DNA of 64,000 nucleotides from the human T2T-CHM13v2.0 reference genome, Homo sapiens (GCF_009914755.1 NC_060929.1), one strand, 5' to 3'. Numbered from the stretch's first letter, positions 44,617 through 57,600 are shown. Numbers and translations: made by a program. The notes: a model not told the origin generated them from the letters alone.

Positions 44617-45499
44617 TCCCCTTAATAATATCTCAAACCCTGTTCATATTCCATCTGTGAATGCTTTATTGCTTCTCTTGCTTTTGAGGGCATTATACGC
44701 AAGTCAAGTTCAGCCCTCCTTATTCCTCACAGCCATAGTCCACCTGGCAGTTTGTGAAAAAATGGTAACAATGAACCCAGGAGAAAGGAAGACTTCTGCA
44801 GCATCTGCCCAAACTGGATATACTCTAGTTCAACATAAAAAATGGCTAAGTTCAGGGTTGAAGGTCTAGACTGGGTCTTGACCACGTGCTGGGAGAATTA
44901 GCAAAGTGATAGGAGCTTTTTGTTGAGTAATCAAGCACTTTGTCAAAACAGAAGTGCTTTATGAAAAGCAAGCTATGTTTTTTCTCCCCTCCAGCTATGC
45001 TTTTTTAAGAAGGGCTGTCAAATGGCATTTTGGGCAGAAACAGTTAATTTTCCTTTAAGTAACATACAAAAGGAAGAGTCTCACTGCCCCCAGCATGGGG
45101 GCAATTTAATAAAATCACAAGCAGCAAAGCCACGAACAACTAGGATCTATGATCTATAATCAATTGTTGTTGATTTAACAACTTGTGCATTTTCTTTGAG
45201 TTTGGGTTTAGCCTGGAGGCATGGCTTAGTTTTATTAATGATTTTCAAGCATGAGCTGGATTGCAATTTTGTAGAGTTTTTGAAGGGGCAATTGTAAATA
45301 TGAAAAGAATGATTGAATGAGATAACCTCTAAGGTCCATTTCAACCCCGAGGTTCAATGATTACAGGAGAGAATCTTGAATTTTAAGTGCAGAGGCTTTG
45401 AGCTTTGCTTTCTGTAATTTAATCTGGTGATTCAAAATTGATCTGTAGGACCTTTTTAGGGTTTCTATATGAGTTTGAGGAAAGCAATTTTCCTCTTGG

Positions 45500-45633
45500 G
45501 AAAAGAATGTTTCAGCCCTTGAATGTCCAACTAAACCTTCATTTAATGATAGAAAAAAATGTGTTTGAAAAGAATGTTTCAGCCCTTGAATGTCCAACTA
45601 AACCTTCATTTAATGATAGAAAAAAATGTGTTT
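45500..45633. repeat. Perfect 67-bp tandem duplication
   Basis: gaaaagaatgtttcagcccttgaatgtccaactaaaccttcatttaatgatagaaaaaaatgtgttt at 45500-45566 and 45567-45633. Confidence 0.97.
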
Positions 45634-45651
45634 GAGAAAAAAATTCCATGA

Positions 45652-45862
45652 CAGCAGCTGTCTAAAAGAACTGTGAGGATAAAGATGTTCTATATGCATG
45701 CTGTTATATTCAGTAGTTGCTAGATACACAGGAGTGCTTAGCATTTGAAATGTGGCTGGTTTGACAGGAATTTAATTTTAATTTTTATATAATTTTAATT
45801 AATTAAAATTTAAATTTACACAACCATTTGTGGCTGGTGGCTAATCTTTCAGACAGTACAGT
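45652..45862. mobile_element. MER3-like hAT MITE
   Basis: gctgtctaaaagaact...agcatttgaaatgtggctgg...tgtggctggtggcta...gacagtacag. Confidence 0.7.
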
Positions 45863-46019
45863 TCCAAGATAACTTGAATTGTTCAGTATTAGATAATACA
45901 GAAGGATTGAAAATGTAAACATTTCTAATTTACCCTAAGTCAAATAAGCATAGTAATTTATCCACGTTTTATCTCCAATCCTGGTATGTATAGATGCATG
46001 TACAAAAGCATTTTATATA

Positions 46020-46195
46020 TCTCTAGCTATGTCTGCCTCTGTATCTATCTACCTATCTATCTATTATTTGTCTATCTATCCATCTACCTATTGTCTACCT
46101 GCCTATCCATCTATCTACCTATCAATCTATTGCCTATCTACTTGTATATCCATCTATCTATTCTCTCTCTCTATCCATCTATCTGTCCATCTATG
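46020..46195. repeat. Degenerate (TCTA)n tetranucleotide repeat
   Basis: Directly visible. Confidence 0.9.
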
Positions 46196-47832
46196 TATTG
46201 AATGTTTTCAATAGTACATTTTGCAACGTGTAGGGGGAGGGGAAATGCAAACTATTGTAGGACAGAAAAAATATGATGAAAATTACTTGTGTGAATTTCA
46301 AAGATAGAATTATCATGATTTCTTCCAAAAAGAGGAATTTTAAAAAAGCGAACGTAAGAAAAGTGTGAGCAACCACCTTGTTTAGTTTTTGACACCTCAT
46401 TAGGGCAAATTAGCTTCCATAGTGCTTCAGCATGCATTTGGAAAATTGAAATCATATGCTCTCTAGAAGCAATTATGCTTTCTCAAATTCGTGATTTCAA
46501 AATAATGATTTCTAGGTCCTTCAATCTTTGCTAACACTGTGCTTTGCAATATATAGACAAAGGTAAGAAAACAATGTTTGGGATAACTGAGTCCTGGGTT
46601 CACTTTTCATAACTCTGATGCTTTTCTTTTTTTGTAATGACATTGAATTGAGGGAAGAGAGCTTTTAAAGACAGAGTAGTAGGAAAGGATTGACGGGTAG
46701 ACTGCAGTTTGGTAACAGCTTGTAAGAGGCTATGGTATTAGCTTAGTGGGCATACAGTAGAAATAAGATTATTAAAAAAATTTCATAGAGTAAAAGTTTA
46801 ATTTCTTCTTTTATCGCCACCGAACATGCCATTATACAAGGAATCTTAATTATAAACTGAAATCATTGCAACTCCAGGATGTCTCTCCTCCAGTGGATTC
46901 TCCTCATAGGCTGATATAATTCTTCTACTTTGAATTTTAAGTGGCTCCTCTTTGCTTGCAAAATCAAGACACTTTCCAAAAACATCTGCTTCTCAGTTTC
47001 CAGTGAAGTATACCCAATAGTAGAGACATGAACTTGAACCCTGGAAAATCTGGGGAGTGGCTTGAAGCTGACAGCAGCAAGTGGGACACTCTTTAGAAGT
47101 CTTGTGTTTAATCTTAAAAATTCACATGATTGTCACATTCAATGTGTATTTCTCTGTATTAAATCTGTATTTCTCTGATTATACAAATATTTAAAAACAC
47201 TATCAGGAAAAAACAGACATTGACAAAAAATTTTCCTGCCTAAATTCCTGTTTCATTGAGTGGTTGGTTGGTGTATAAAATATTGTACTGAATTTATCCA
47301 TGTTAGAAAATTGTGCTGAATTCAAGAGCAACGTAACGATGCATTATTAATATATTTGCCAAGTAGGCTATTTCTTTGCTGCCTCTTGATGTCACAATAT
47401 TTCAATAACTTAGACTTAAAAAGATACGTGAATATAGTTAGCATTTCCTCTTTTCATTCTGTAGAAATTTCATCAGTGTAATCCCTGGAGAGAGAGGCCC
47501 ATATTTTGTCAGAGAGGTGGTGACAAGTAAGGATTTCAGTTGCTATTGGTAGGCATTTTGATGAGTACCTCCCTGAGAGGCACAAGGGTTGAACAATGTG
47601 CAGATGAAAACATTTCTGATTTATGATTTGAATCTCTTTTATTGCCTCAAGAAAGCATTTCTCAGAAGACTTTTTCAGAAGTGAATGTTTTTGATCTTGC
47701 ATTTTATCAATGATAATTTTAATCAGATTAAATTGAACCAATAGTCTCAATTCTTAGTTCCCTTGATCTACTTTCTTATCTAAATCTCAAATTTTCTTTG
47801 TTAAAAAATTTTATATTAAAATCTATAACTTT

Positions 47833-50800
47833 AAAATTATTATTTTAATTGACATAATAATTGTATATATTTATGGGGATGGGGTACATTGTGATATTTT
47901 GATATATGGATACAATGTGTAATGATCAAATCAGGGTAATTAGCATATCCTCAACTCAAACATTTATCATTTCTTTTAGTGTTGGGAATATTCAAAATCT
48001 GCTCTTTTAGCTATTTGAAAATATACAACAAATTGTTGTAAATTATAGTCTCCCCTACAGTGCTACAAAACACTAGAAGTTATTTTTCCTTCGTAACTGT
48101 AATTTTGTATTCACTAACTAACCTCTGGCTATCTATTCCCTTATTCCCAAGCATTAGTAGCTACCATCCTACTTGCTACTTTTGTGAGATTTACTTTTTT
48201 TAGCTTTCACATATGTGTGAGAAAATGTGGTATTTGTTTTTCTGTGCCTGGCTTATTTCACTTAAGTTCATCCATGCTGTCACAAATTATAGGACTTTGT
48301 TCTTTTTTATGGATAAATAGTATTCCATTGAATATGTATATCTATTGAATATGTATATCACATACACAACATTTTCTTTATCCATTAATCCATTTATGGA
48401 CACTTAGATTGATTTTATGGCTTAGGTATTGTGAACAGTGCTGCAATAAACACGGGGGTGCAGATGTCTCTTTAATGTACTGATTTCCTTTCCTTTGGAT
48501 AAATGCCCAGTAGTGGGAATGCTGGATCACATGATAATTCTATTTGTAGTTTTTTGAGGAACCTCCATATTGTTCTCCATATTGGCTGTGCTAGTTTACA
48601 TTCCCACCAAAAGTGTATAAGAATTTCCACTTCTCCACATCCTTACCAGTATTTGTTGTTTTTTATCTTTTGATAACAGCTATTCTAACTAGGACAAGGT
48701 GATATCTCTTTGATGATTAGTGATGTTGAGCATTTTCTTGTATACTTTTTGGCCATTTGTATGTCTTCTTTGAGAGATGTCTACCTGTTCATTTGTCGAT
48801 TTAAAAATTGCATTTATTATTTTTTCCTGTTGAATTGTTTGAGTTCCTTGTGTATTCTGGATATAAATCCATAATGAATTATTTGTGGATGAACAGTTTG
48901 CAAATATTTTCATCCTTGGTGGATGACTAGTTTGTAAATATATTCTACCATTCCACTGGTTGTTCTACCATTCTCTTCACTCTGTTGTTTCCTTCACTGT
49001 GCAGAAACTTTTTAATTTGATGTAATCTCATTTGTCTATTTTTGTTTTTGTTGGCTGGGCTTTTAAAGTCTTATTCATAAAATCTTCTCCCAGACCAATG
49101 TCCTGAAGTGTTTCCCCTATGTTTTCTTCTAGTAATTTCATATTTTTGGGTCTTACATTTAATCTTTAATCCATTTTGAGTGATTTTTGTGTATGGTGAG
49201 AGGTGGGGGTCTGGTTTCATTCTTCCGCATATGGATATCCAGTTTTCCCAGCACCGTTTAGTGAAGAGACTGCCGTTTCCCCGATGAATGTTCTCAGCAC
49301 CTGTGTCAAAAATCAGTTGGTCGTAAATATATGGATCTGTTTCTGGTTTATCCATTCTGTCCCATGGGCCTATGTATCTGTTTTTATACCAGTGCCATGC
49401 TGTTTGGTTACTATAACTTTGTAGTATATTTTGAAGTTGGGTACTGTGAAGTCTCTACCTTTGTTCTTTTTGCTCAGGATTGTTTTGTCTATTTGGGGTC
49501 TTGTGGTTCATATGAATTTTAGTATTGTTTTTCACCTATTTCTATCATTGTTATTTTGGCAGGAATTGCATTGAATCTGTAGATTGTTTTTCTTACTATG
49601 GTCATTTTCATGGTATTGATTTTTCCAATCCATGATCATGGGATGTCTTTCCATTTGTTTCTATCCTCTTCAGTTTCTTTCATCAGTGTTTTACAGTTTT
49701 CCTTGTGGAGACCTTTCACTTCCTTGGTTAAATTTACTTCTAGGTATTTTTATTTTATTTTTGGTAGCTATTGTAAAGAGACTGATTTCTTGATTTCTTT
49801 TTCTGCAGTTTGTTATTCATGTATAGAAATGCTGCTGATTTTTTGTATGTTAATTGGTATCCTGTAAATTTACTTAATTTGTATATCAGTTCTAAGAGTT
49901 TTTTGGTGGAGCTTTTAGGTCTTTTTATATATAAGATCATATTTTCTGCAAACAGGGACAAATTGACTTCCTTCTTTCCAATCTGATGTCGTTTATTTGT
50001 TTTTCTGACTTAATTTTTCTGGATAGGACTTCTAGAACTATGTTGAATAGTAATGATGAGAGTGGACATCCTCATCTTGTTCTAATTCATAGAGAAAAAA
50101 CTTTTAGCTTTCCCTCATTCAGTGTGATGTTAGCTGTGGGTTTGTCATATATGGCCTTTATTGTGTTGCAGTATGTTTCTTGTTGAGAATATTTATCATG
50201 TAGGAATGCTGAATTTTATCAAATGCTTTTTCCTGTGTCGATTTAGCTAATTATATGACTTTTGTCCTTCATTCTGTTGATGTGATATATCCCATTTATT
50301 GATTTGCATGTGTTAAAACATTTTTGCCTCTCTGGGATAAGCTCCACTTGGTTGTTGTGAATGATCTTTTTAATGTGCTGCCGGATTCAGTTTACTAGTA
50401 TTTTGTTGAGGATTTTCACATCTATGTTTATCAGGGATATTGGCCTGTGGTTTTTTTTTTTTTAATTTTTGTTGTTGTGTCCTTGTCTGGGTAATGCTGA
50501 CCTCATAGGATGAATTTGAAAGAATTCCCTTGTCTTCAGTTTTCTGGGAGAGTTTGAGAAGAATTGATATTATCTTTAAATGTTTGGTAGAGTTAAGAAG
50601 CGAAGTCATCAGGTCCTAGGCTTTTCTTTGTTGAGAGACACTTTATTACTGATCCAGTCTTATTATTCTGAATTGGTCTATTCAGGCTTTCTATTTTTTC
50701 TTGGTTTAATCTTGATAGGTTGTATGTGTCCAGGCATTTATCCATTTCCACTTAGCTTTACAATTTTTTGGCATGTAGTTTTTTTGTAGTAGTTTCTAAT

Positions 50801-53800
50801 GATCCTGGGTTTGTGTTTCTGTGGTATCAGTTGAAACGTCTCCCTTTTGTTTCTGAGTTTATTTGTGTCTTTTCTCTTTTCTTGGTTAGTGTAGCTAATA
50901 GTTTATTAATTTTGTTTATCTTTTCCAAAAGCCAATTTTGCATTTTCTTGGTCTTTTGTATTTTTTTTCAGCCTCTATTTTAAAAAATTCTACTCTGATC
51001 TTTATTGTTTTTTGCTTTGTACTAATTTTGGATTTTTTTTTTATTGACTTTCTAGTTCCTTGGGAAGCATCATTATATTGTATACTTGAAATATTTTTTA
51101 CTTTTGGGAATTTAGGCATTTATTGCTATATGCTTCCTTCTTAGTACTTCTTTTGATGTATCCTATAGGTTGTGGTATGTTGTGTTATTATTTTCTTTTG
51201 TTTCAATAAATTTTCAAATTTCCTTCTTAATACCTTTATTGACTCTTTAGTCATTCCGGAGCGTGTTTTGTAATTTTCATGCATTTGTACAGTTTTCAGT
51301 TTCTCTTATTATTAACATCTAGTTTTATTCCATTGTGGTCAGAAAATATACTTGATATAATTATAAGTTTTTAAATTCATTGAGACTTATTTTGTGGCCT
51401 AACATGTGGTCTCTCCTAGAGAATGTTCCATGTGCTGATGAAAAGAATGTGCATTTTGTACTTTTTGGATGAAAAGTTTTGTATATGTCTGTTAGGTCCA
51501 TTTTATCTAAAGTGCACTTTAAATCCAGCATTTCTCTGTTGATTTCCCATTTAGATGATCTTTCCAGTCCTGAGAGGGGGGTGTTGAAGTCCCAGATATC
51601 ATTGCATTGGAGTTTATCTCTCTCTTTACATCTAATAATATTTAGTTTGCATATCTGAGTGCTCCAGTGTTGGGTATATATATATTTACAATTGTTACAT
51701 CCTCTTGCTGAATTGATTCCTGCATCATTATATAATGACATCTCTTTGTTTATGTTTTTTGATATAAAGTCATTTTATGTGATATAAGTATAGCTACTCC
51801 TGCTTCTTCTTGTTTTTTGTTAGTATGGAATATCTTTTTCCATCCCTTCACTTTGTGTGTGTCCTTGCAGGTGAAGTGAGTTTCTTTTAGGCAGTATATG
51901 TTGGGTTATGTTTTTTTTAATCCATTCAGCCAGTCTATGATTTTTAAGTGGGGAATTGAATTCACTTATATTCAAGATTATTATTGATATGTGTGTACTT
52001 ACTTCTGTGGTTTTGTTAGTTGCTTTGTGTATCCTGTGTTTTCTTCTTCCTCTCTTTTGTTTATCATTGCAGTTTGTTGGTTTTCTTTTGTGATAAAGTT
52101 TGATTTTTTTGTCTTTCTCCTTTGTGTATCTGCTCTACTAGTGAGCATTCTACTTTTGTGCATTTTCTTGATAGTTATTATTGTCATTCATTTCTAGATA
52201 TAGGACTCCCTTGAGCATTTCTTGTAAGGCTGGCCTAGTGATGATGAATTTCCTCAGGTTTTGCTTGTCTGGGAAAGACTATTTTTCCTTCATTTCTGAA
52301 GAACAGCTATTCTTGGCTGGAAATTTTTTTCTTTCAGCACTTTTGAATATATTATCACATTCTCTCTTGGCCTATAAAGTTTCTGTTAGCCTACTGGAGG
52401 TTCTATTATATGTGGCTTGACACTTTTCTCTTGCTGTTTTTAGAATTCCCTCTTAGTCTCTTGACAATTTGACTTTAATGTGCCTCAGAGAGGACCTTTT
52501 TGAGTTGAATCCATTTGGGAACCTTTAAGCTTCTTGGGTCTGGATGTCCATATCTCTCTTAAAACTTGGGGAGTTTCAGCTGTTATTTCAATTAATAGGT
52601 TTTCTATGCCATTCTCCATCTCTTCTCTTTCTGGAATTCCCATAATATGAACTTTTGTTCACTTAATGGTGTCTCATAAGTCTTGTAGGCTTTCTTCACT
52701 CTTTTTCATTCTTATTTCTTGATTTTTATCCTTTGGGTAATTTCCAACAATGTGTCTTCAAATTCGGAGATCCTTTCATAGAGAAACTTTTACCTGCGTT
52801 TAGGTCTAAGTTTGCCAGTTGGGAAGGGTGTGGTGTCTCTTTTCTGGGTAGATGCAGTGGTATAGTCTTCATGCAGCTTTTCAACTGCCTTCAATATCAG
52901 CAATAACTGTGGGTGCCTCATAAAACAGGAAATAAGAATGAAAATGAGTGAAGAAAGCCTTCAAGAATTATGGGCCACCATTAAGTGAACAAAAGTTTAT
53001 ATTATGGGAATTCCAGGAGAAGACATTTGTGGCAGCAGTGAAGGGATTGTAGGTTGTTAGGGTCTGGTGGTGAGGGCTTTTGGGGTCCTCCTATTTTCAA
53101 TTTCTCCATAATGGGCAAGCTTAGCTCAGGGGACTCCTCTTGCTGTCAGCTCTGACATGTCCAACAAGCAGCTGTAATGGTACTGGGTTCCAGGTGCAGG
53201 TGCTTGGGGAGGCTGTGGGGCTGGGTTCCTAGGCTCAGGGTCTCATGAACCTTGTGGCACCTGGATCTTGGGTGCAGGTTTGCTCTCTGGTATGGTTGGA
53301 TGTAGGTTGCCCAAAGAGTTATGATCTGTGACTCTGAGCCACCCCCTAGCAGCTCAGGCCCAGGGGTCCAGGTTGTATCTGTGATTCTACCCATGGGGGC
53401 AGGGCACAACACTGACCTGACTCTGGGGAAGAAGGGGTGCTCTGGAGGTTTAGAAACAGAAGGTTATGGTTGCAATTTGGGAACCTCAGCCAATAGGACT
53501 CAGTGGAATCTCAGGTCCCAGGGTGTGAGGCACCTTGCAGTGGTGACTAGACCCTGGAATGATGGGGCTCAGCAGTATCCCATATTCTGTGAGACCAGGT
53601 GCAGTGGCAGCAAGTACTCCAGGATGGTTGAGCACTGCTGTCATTTACATCCTGAGGGGCAAGAAGCAGGCACGGCGATGATTTTACTACCCAGACAGAG
53701 GGGTGTCTTAGCAGCTCAGACCCTAGAGGGCTAGTCTAGCTCTAGGGGAGGAGTGTACTAGAGTGTTTGGTCTGTAAGGTGGAATGTCCCAGCTCAGCCA

Positions 53801-55298
53801 CTGCTCTGTTTCCCTGAGATATGGAATACCACATCAACTAAGCCCCAGGATGTGTTGTTGCTCAGCCTGGTCAAGGTACCACCTCCCCAGGGGGTAATGT
53901 GCCTTTTCAGCTCAGGCCTAGGGGTGTGGCTGTTCTGGGCAGACCAGACATCATTTCCCTGGGAGGCAAGGCACCACTTCAGCTTAGGTAGTAGGGTACC
54001 TGACTGCTTTGGGCAGCCAAGGCAATGTTTCCCCAGGAGACAGGGTACTGCTTCAGCTCAGACCCAGAGGGGTGGGACTGACCTGGGCAGCCATAGCACC
54101 ATTTCCCTTGGATGCCTGGCATTGTTTCTGCCCCAGCCCAAGGAAGCAAACTACAGCAGTGACTGGCAAGGGTTTTTGGAGCATATCTTCCAGGGCACTA
54201 TTTTCTTGGCAGGCAGAGTGCAGCTTAAGTTCAGGCCCCTAGGCGCAGGGTGCAGCAATGCCTGGAGAAGGGCAAATGGAGTACCTCCACTGAAGCACCA
54301 TTTCCAGGAGGGAGTGTACAGCTTTAGCTTGTGCCCAGGGACAGGGTTCTGCAGTACTAGGAGAGGTGGATGGAGCAGCTCTCTTTCAGCACTGTTTCCC
54401 CAGAAGGAAGTGCTCTGTTTTGGTTCTGGTCTCCAGTTGCAGGGTGCTATAGTAGCCAATGGGAGGGGTCATTAGAATAGTTCTGCCAAGGCACCATTTT
54501 CCCAGGAGGCAGCGCACAGCTTTAGCTCAGGCCCCTAGGTGCAGGATGCAGGTATGACTGGAGAGGTAGATGGAGTGGTTCTGCCAAAGCACTGTTTCCC
54601 CAGAAGCGAGTGTGCAGCTCCAGCTCGGACCTGAGGGGGCAAGGTGCCACCAGGGCCTGGGGCCTAGGATGGGTAAGTGGAGTGGCTCCAGTACCACTTG
54701 GCCTCACAGGGATGGGTGTAACAGCTGGTTGTAGCTGGGCTTGAGGATGTTGGGCCACAGGGTAGGCGGTGGTTCTGGGCATTCATCCTGGAACAAGACA
54801 CACCCCAGCCATAGTTCCAGTTCTCAGATTGTATAGTGCAGTAGCCCCACAGGCCACGGGGTGAGTCACGTGTGGGCCCTTCTCTGGGGGACCACAGCTT
54901 TGTGGACTCCAGGCAGTTCTTTCAGCTGGGCTTAATGCCTGTGAGAACTGCAGGGGACTCCAATGGTGAGGACTGGAAGAGCCCAAGGTGTTGCCAGGGG
55001 CACTGAGATCCTCTTGCCTACCTTACCTTTTCCCTGCAGGAAGAAGTTCCCCCTGGTTCTCAGCTGATCTTGGCTGGGGGATGAGGTGGTGGAGGTCAGG
55101 TGTTCTCTATTCTGTTCTTCATGTTGTTAGCCTAAGTTTCTGTGGTCACCTAGGTTTGTGTTACTCATTTGATGTATTCCGGCACTGTCTTTTAGTTATT
55201 TTTGTTAAAGTGCGGTTGTTTATTTATTGCTTTGGTTGCCTTTGTTGGGGGGATGAGTGCTAGGGGCTTCTAGTTGGCCATCTTGCTGACATCACCTC
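47833..55298 (-). mobile_element. End-to-end decayed L1 (L1MA-type), about 7.5 kb
   Basis: L1MA-type 3'UTR at 47840-48300; ORF2 remnants ([43 protein letters not shown]...FFSSAHGTFSRRDHMLGHK); ORF1 remnant; GC-richer 5'UTR starting GAGGTGATGTCAGCAAGATGGCC; 17-bp TSD ttaaa(a/g)t(c/t)tataacttt at 47816-47832 and 55299-55315. Confidence 0.92.
55274..55290 (-). promoter_or_regulatory. YY1 motif at the L1 5' end
   Basis: Reverse complement CAAGATGGCC near the start of the element, the conserved L1 YY1 site. Confidence 0.7.
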
Positions 55299-55349
55299 TT
55301 AAAGTTTATAACTTTTATCAGGACAATGCATACATGCCATTAAAACATC

Positions 55350-55470
55350 CCTGCCATGCTCAGTCATTGGCTAGGAGAAGCCCATTGGAAATGTGACTTT
55401 ATATGAAGATGGGATGAGGTTTTTGGAGCACAGAGCTTGGCTCTTTCAGTTAATGGCTCTCCCTCCACTT
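55350..55470 (-). mobile_element. LTR16-like fragment
   Basis: gctcagtcattggctaggag...ggagcacagagc...tcagttaatggctctccc. Confidence 0.45.
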
Positions 55471-55551
55471 CAGAAAAACTATTATTGAACATGCCAGGAG
55501 AACTTATTCCCTTGAGCTGTGTGGTCTCTATTTCAGGTCTGGGTAGGTCAC

Positions 55552-55860
55552 TGTCGTTGTTAATACTGAGTGTCAACTTGATTGTATTGAAGGATACAAA
55601 GTATTGACCCTGGGTATGTCTGTGAGGGTGTTGCCAAGGGAGATTAACATTTGAGTCAGTGGGCTGGGAAAGGCAGACCCACCCTTAATCTGGGTGGGCA
55701 CTGTCTAATCAGCTGCCAGCATGGCTAGAATATAAGCAGGCAAAAAAATGTGAAAAGAGACTGGCCTAGCCTCCGGGCCTACATCTTTCTCCCATGCTGG
55801 ATGCTTCCTGCCCTCGAATATCAGACTCTAAGTTCTTCAGTTTTGAAACTTGGACTTGCA
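55552..55860 (+). mobile_element. 5' LTR (MLT2A), 3' part deleted
   Basis: Matches 61461-61765, then jumps into internal ggagtggttctagaggaacag. Confidence 0.93.
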
Positions 55861-55939
55861 GGAGTGGTTCTAGAGGAACAGAATATTAAGGATAGAGTTC
55901 TTTCATTGGTTTTGGGGTTTCTAGAGTTGGCTGCTTAAT

Positions 55940-57600
55940 ATGATTAGACCCAAAAAATGCTAAGGACTCTACTTCTAATGGTATGGAGAACATTGATAGT
56001 CCTTGGCGTGAACGTTTAGAGAGTTATGCAAAACAAATGCATTTGACACTCCTGATTCATCACTCACGAGAAGCAATGAGTTTAGTGACTCTATAATACT
56101 ACCTTTGATCATATGTGGAGAACAAAGGAATATAATAAAGCTAGTTGGTTGCTCCTAAGTTCAGTGGACAAAGTGAGGAAAGAAAATGATGAACTCGGGA
56201 ATTCTATCTCCTGGCTTCAGAAGAAGATACTGAGCCTCAAATCTGCTAATGTTGCCCTGAGTGAGAGTCTTACCTCCTGTAGAGAAAGAGCTGAAATTGT
56301 GGAAAAACAGACACAAGCTCTTATCATGTGAGTGGCTGACCTGCAATGAAAGGTGCATGCACAGCCTCGCCAGGTGTCTACTGTTAAAGTGAGGGCATTG
56401 ATTGGAAAAGAAGGGGACCCTGAAACTTGGAATGGGGATGTGAGGGAGGACTCTGATGAAGTTGGAGACACTGAGTTTATAAACTCTGACGAACCTTTTT
56501 TGCCAGAAGGAACAGCTTCCCCATCCCCAGTATTGGCAACATCCCCTCCTCCACCCATGCTGCCACCAGCCTTTCCACCTTTGTCTGAGGAAATAAACCC
56601 TGCGCTGCCTGAGGCAACAGTGATGGCCTCCCCTCAGGCAGCTGCCAGGCAAGATAATGTTGATTTTCCTCAGGAGCCACCCCCAACACCCCATTTGCTT
56701 CTAGACCTGTAACTAGACTAAAGTCCAGGTGGGCCCCTAGAGGTGAGGGTAAGAGTGTGACCCATGAAGAGGTGTACTACACTTGAAAAGAACTGCTTGA
56801 GTTTTCTAATTTACATAAACAGAAATCTGGAGAACAGGCATGGGAATGGCTATTAAGGGTGTGGGATAATGGTGAAAGGAACATAGAGTAGGATCAGGCT
56901 GAATTTATTGATTTGGGCCCACTAAATAGGAACTCTATATTTAATGTTGCAGCTCAGGGAGTTAAAGGTTTATTTGCTTGGTTAGCGGACATTCGGACTA
57001 AAAGATGGCCCACTGTGAACAAGCTGGAAATGCCTGATCTCCCTTGGTTTAATGTAGAGGAAGGGATCAAAAGGCTTAGAGAGATTGGGATGGTGGAGTG
57101 GATTAGTCACTTTAGATGTACTCATCCCAGCTGGAAGGGTCCAGAAGATATACCCTTGACCAATGCCTTGCAAAATAGATTCGTGAGGGCAGCACCTGCA
57201 TCTCTGAAGAGCCTTGTAATTGCTCTTCTCTGTATGTCAGATGCAACAGCGGGAACTGCAGTCACTCAATTACAAAATTTAAATACAATGGGAATAATTG
57301 GATCCCGAGGTGTCAGGGACCAAGTGGTAGCACTCAACCATCAAAGGCAAGGTGGGTGTAGCGACCGTAATGGACAGCAGAGGCAAAGTGGCAATCAGAA
57401 TAGTCTGACTCGTGTAGAGCTCTGGCACTGGCTAATTAGTCACGGTGTTCCTAGAAGTGAAATTGATAGGAAGCCTATCGCATTCCTACTTTGTATAAGC
57501 AGAAAACTTCTAGTTCAAATGTATAAAAGACTAATTTGAATTATAAAAACAGAGAATCACGGACCCTCAGTCAATTTCCAGACTTGAGCCAGTTTACAGA
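55940..57600 (+). pseudogene. gag: HERV-L gag, multiple stops/frameshifts
   Basis: Fragments QVSTVKVRALIGKEGDPETWNGDV and RWPTVNKLEMPDLPWFNVEEGIKRLREIGMVEWI are typical of ERV-L Gag. Confidence 0.88.

Noticed and set aside
53146-55263. Cluster of ORFs up to 207 aa
   Set aside because: They lie in the GC-richer L1 5'UTR monomer region; no recognisable protein
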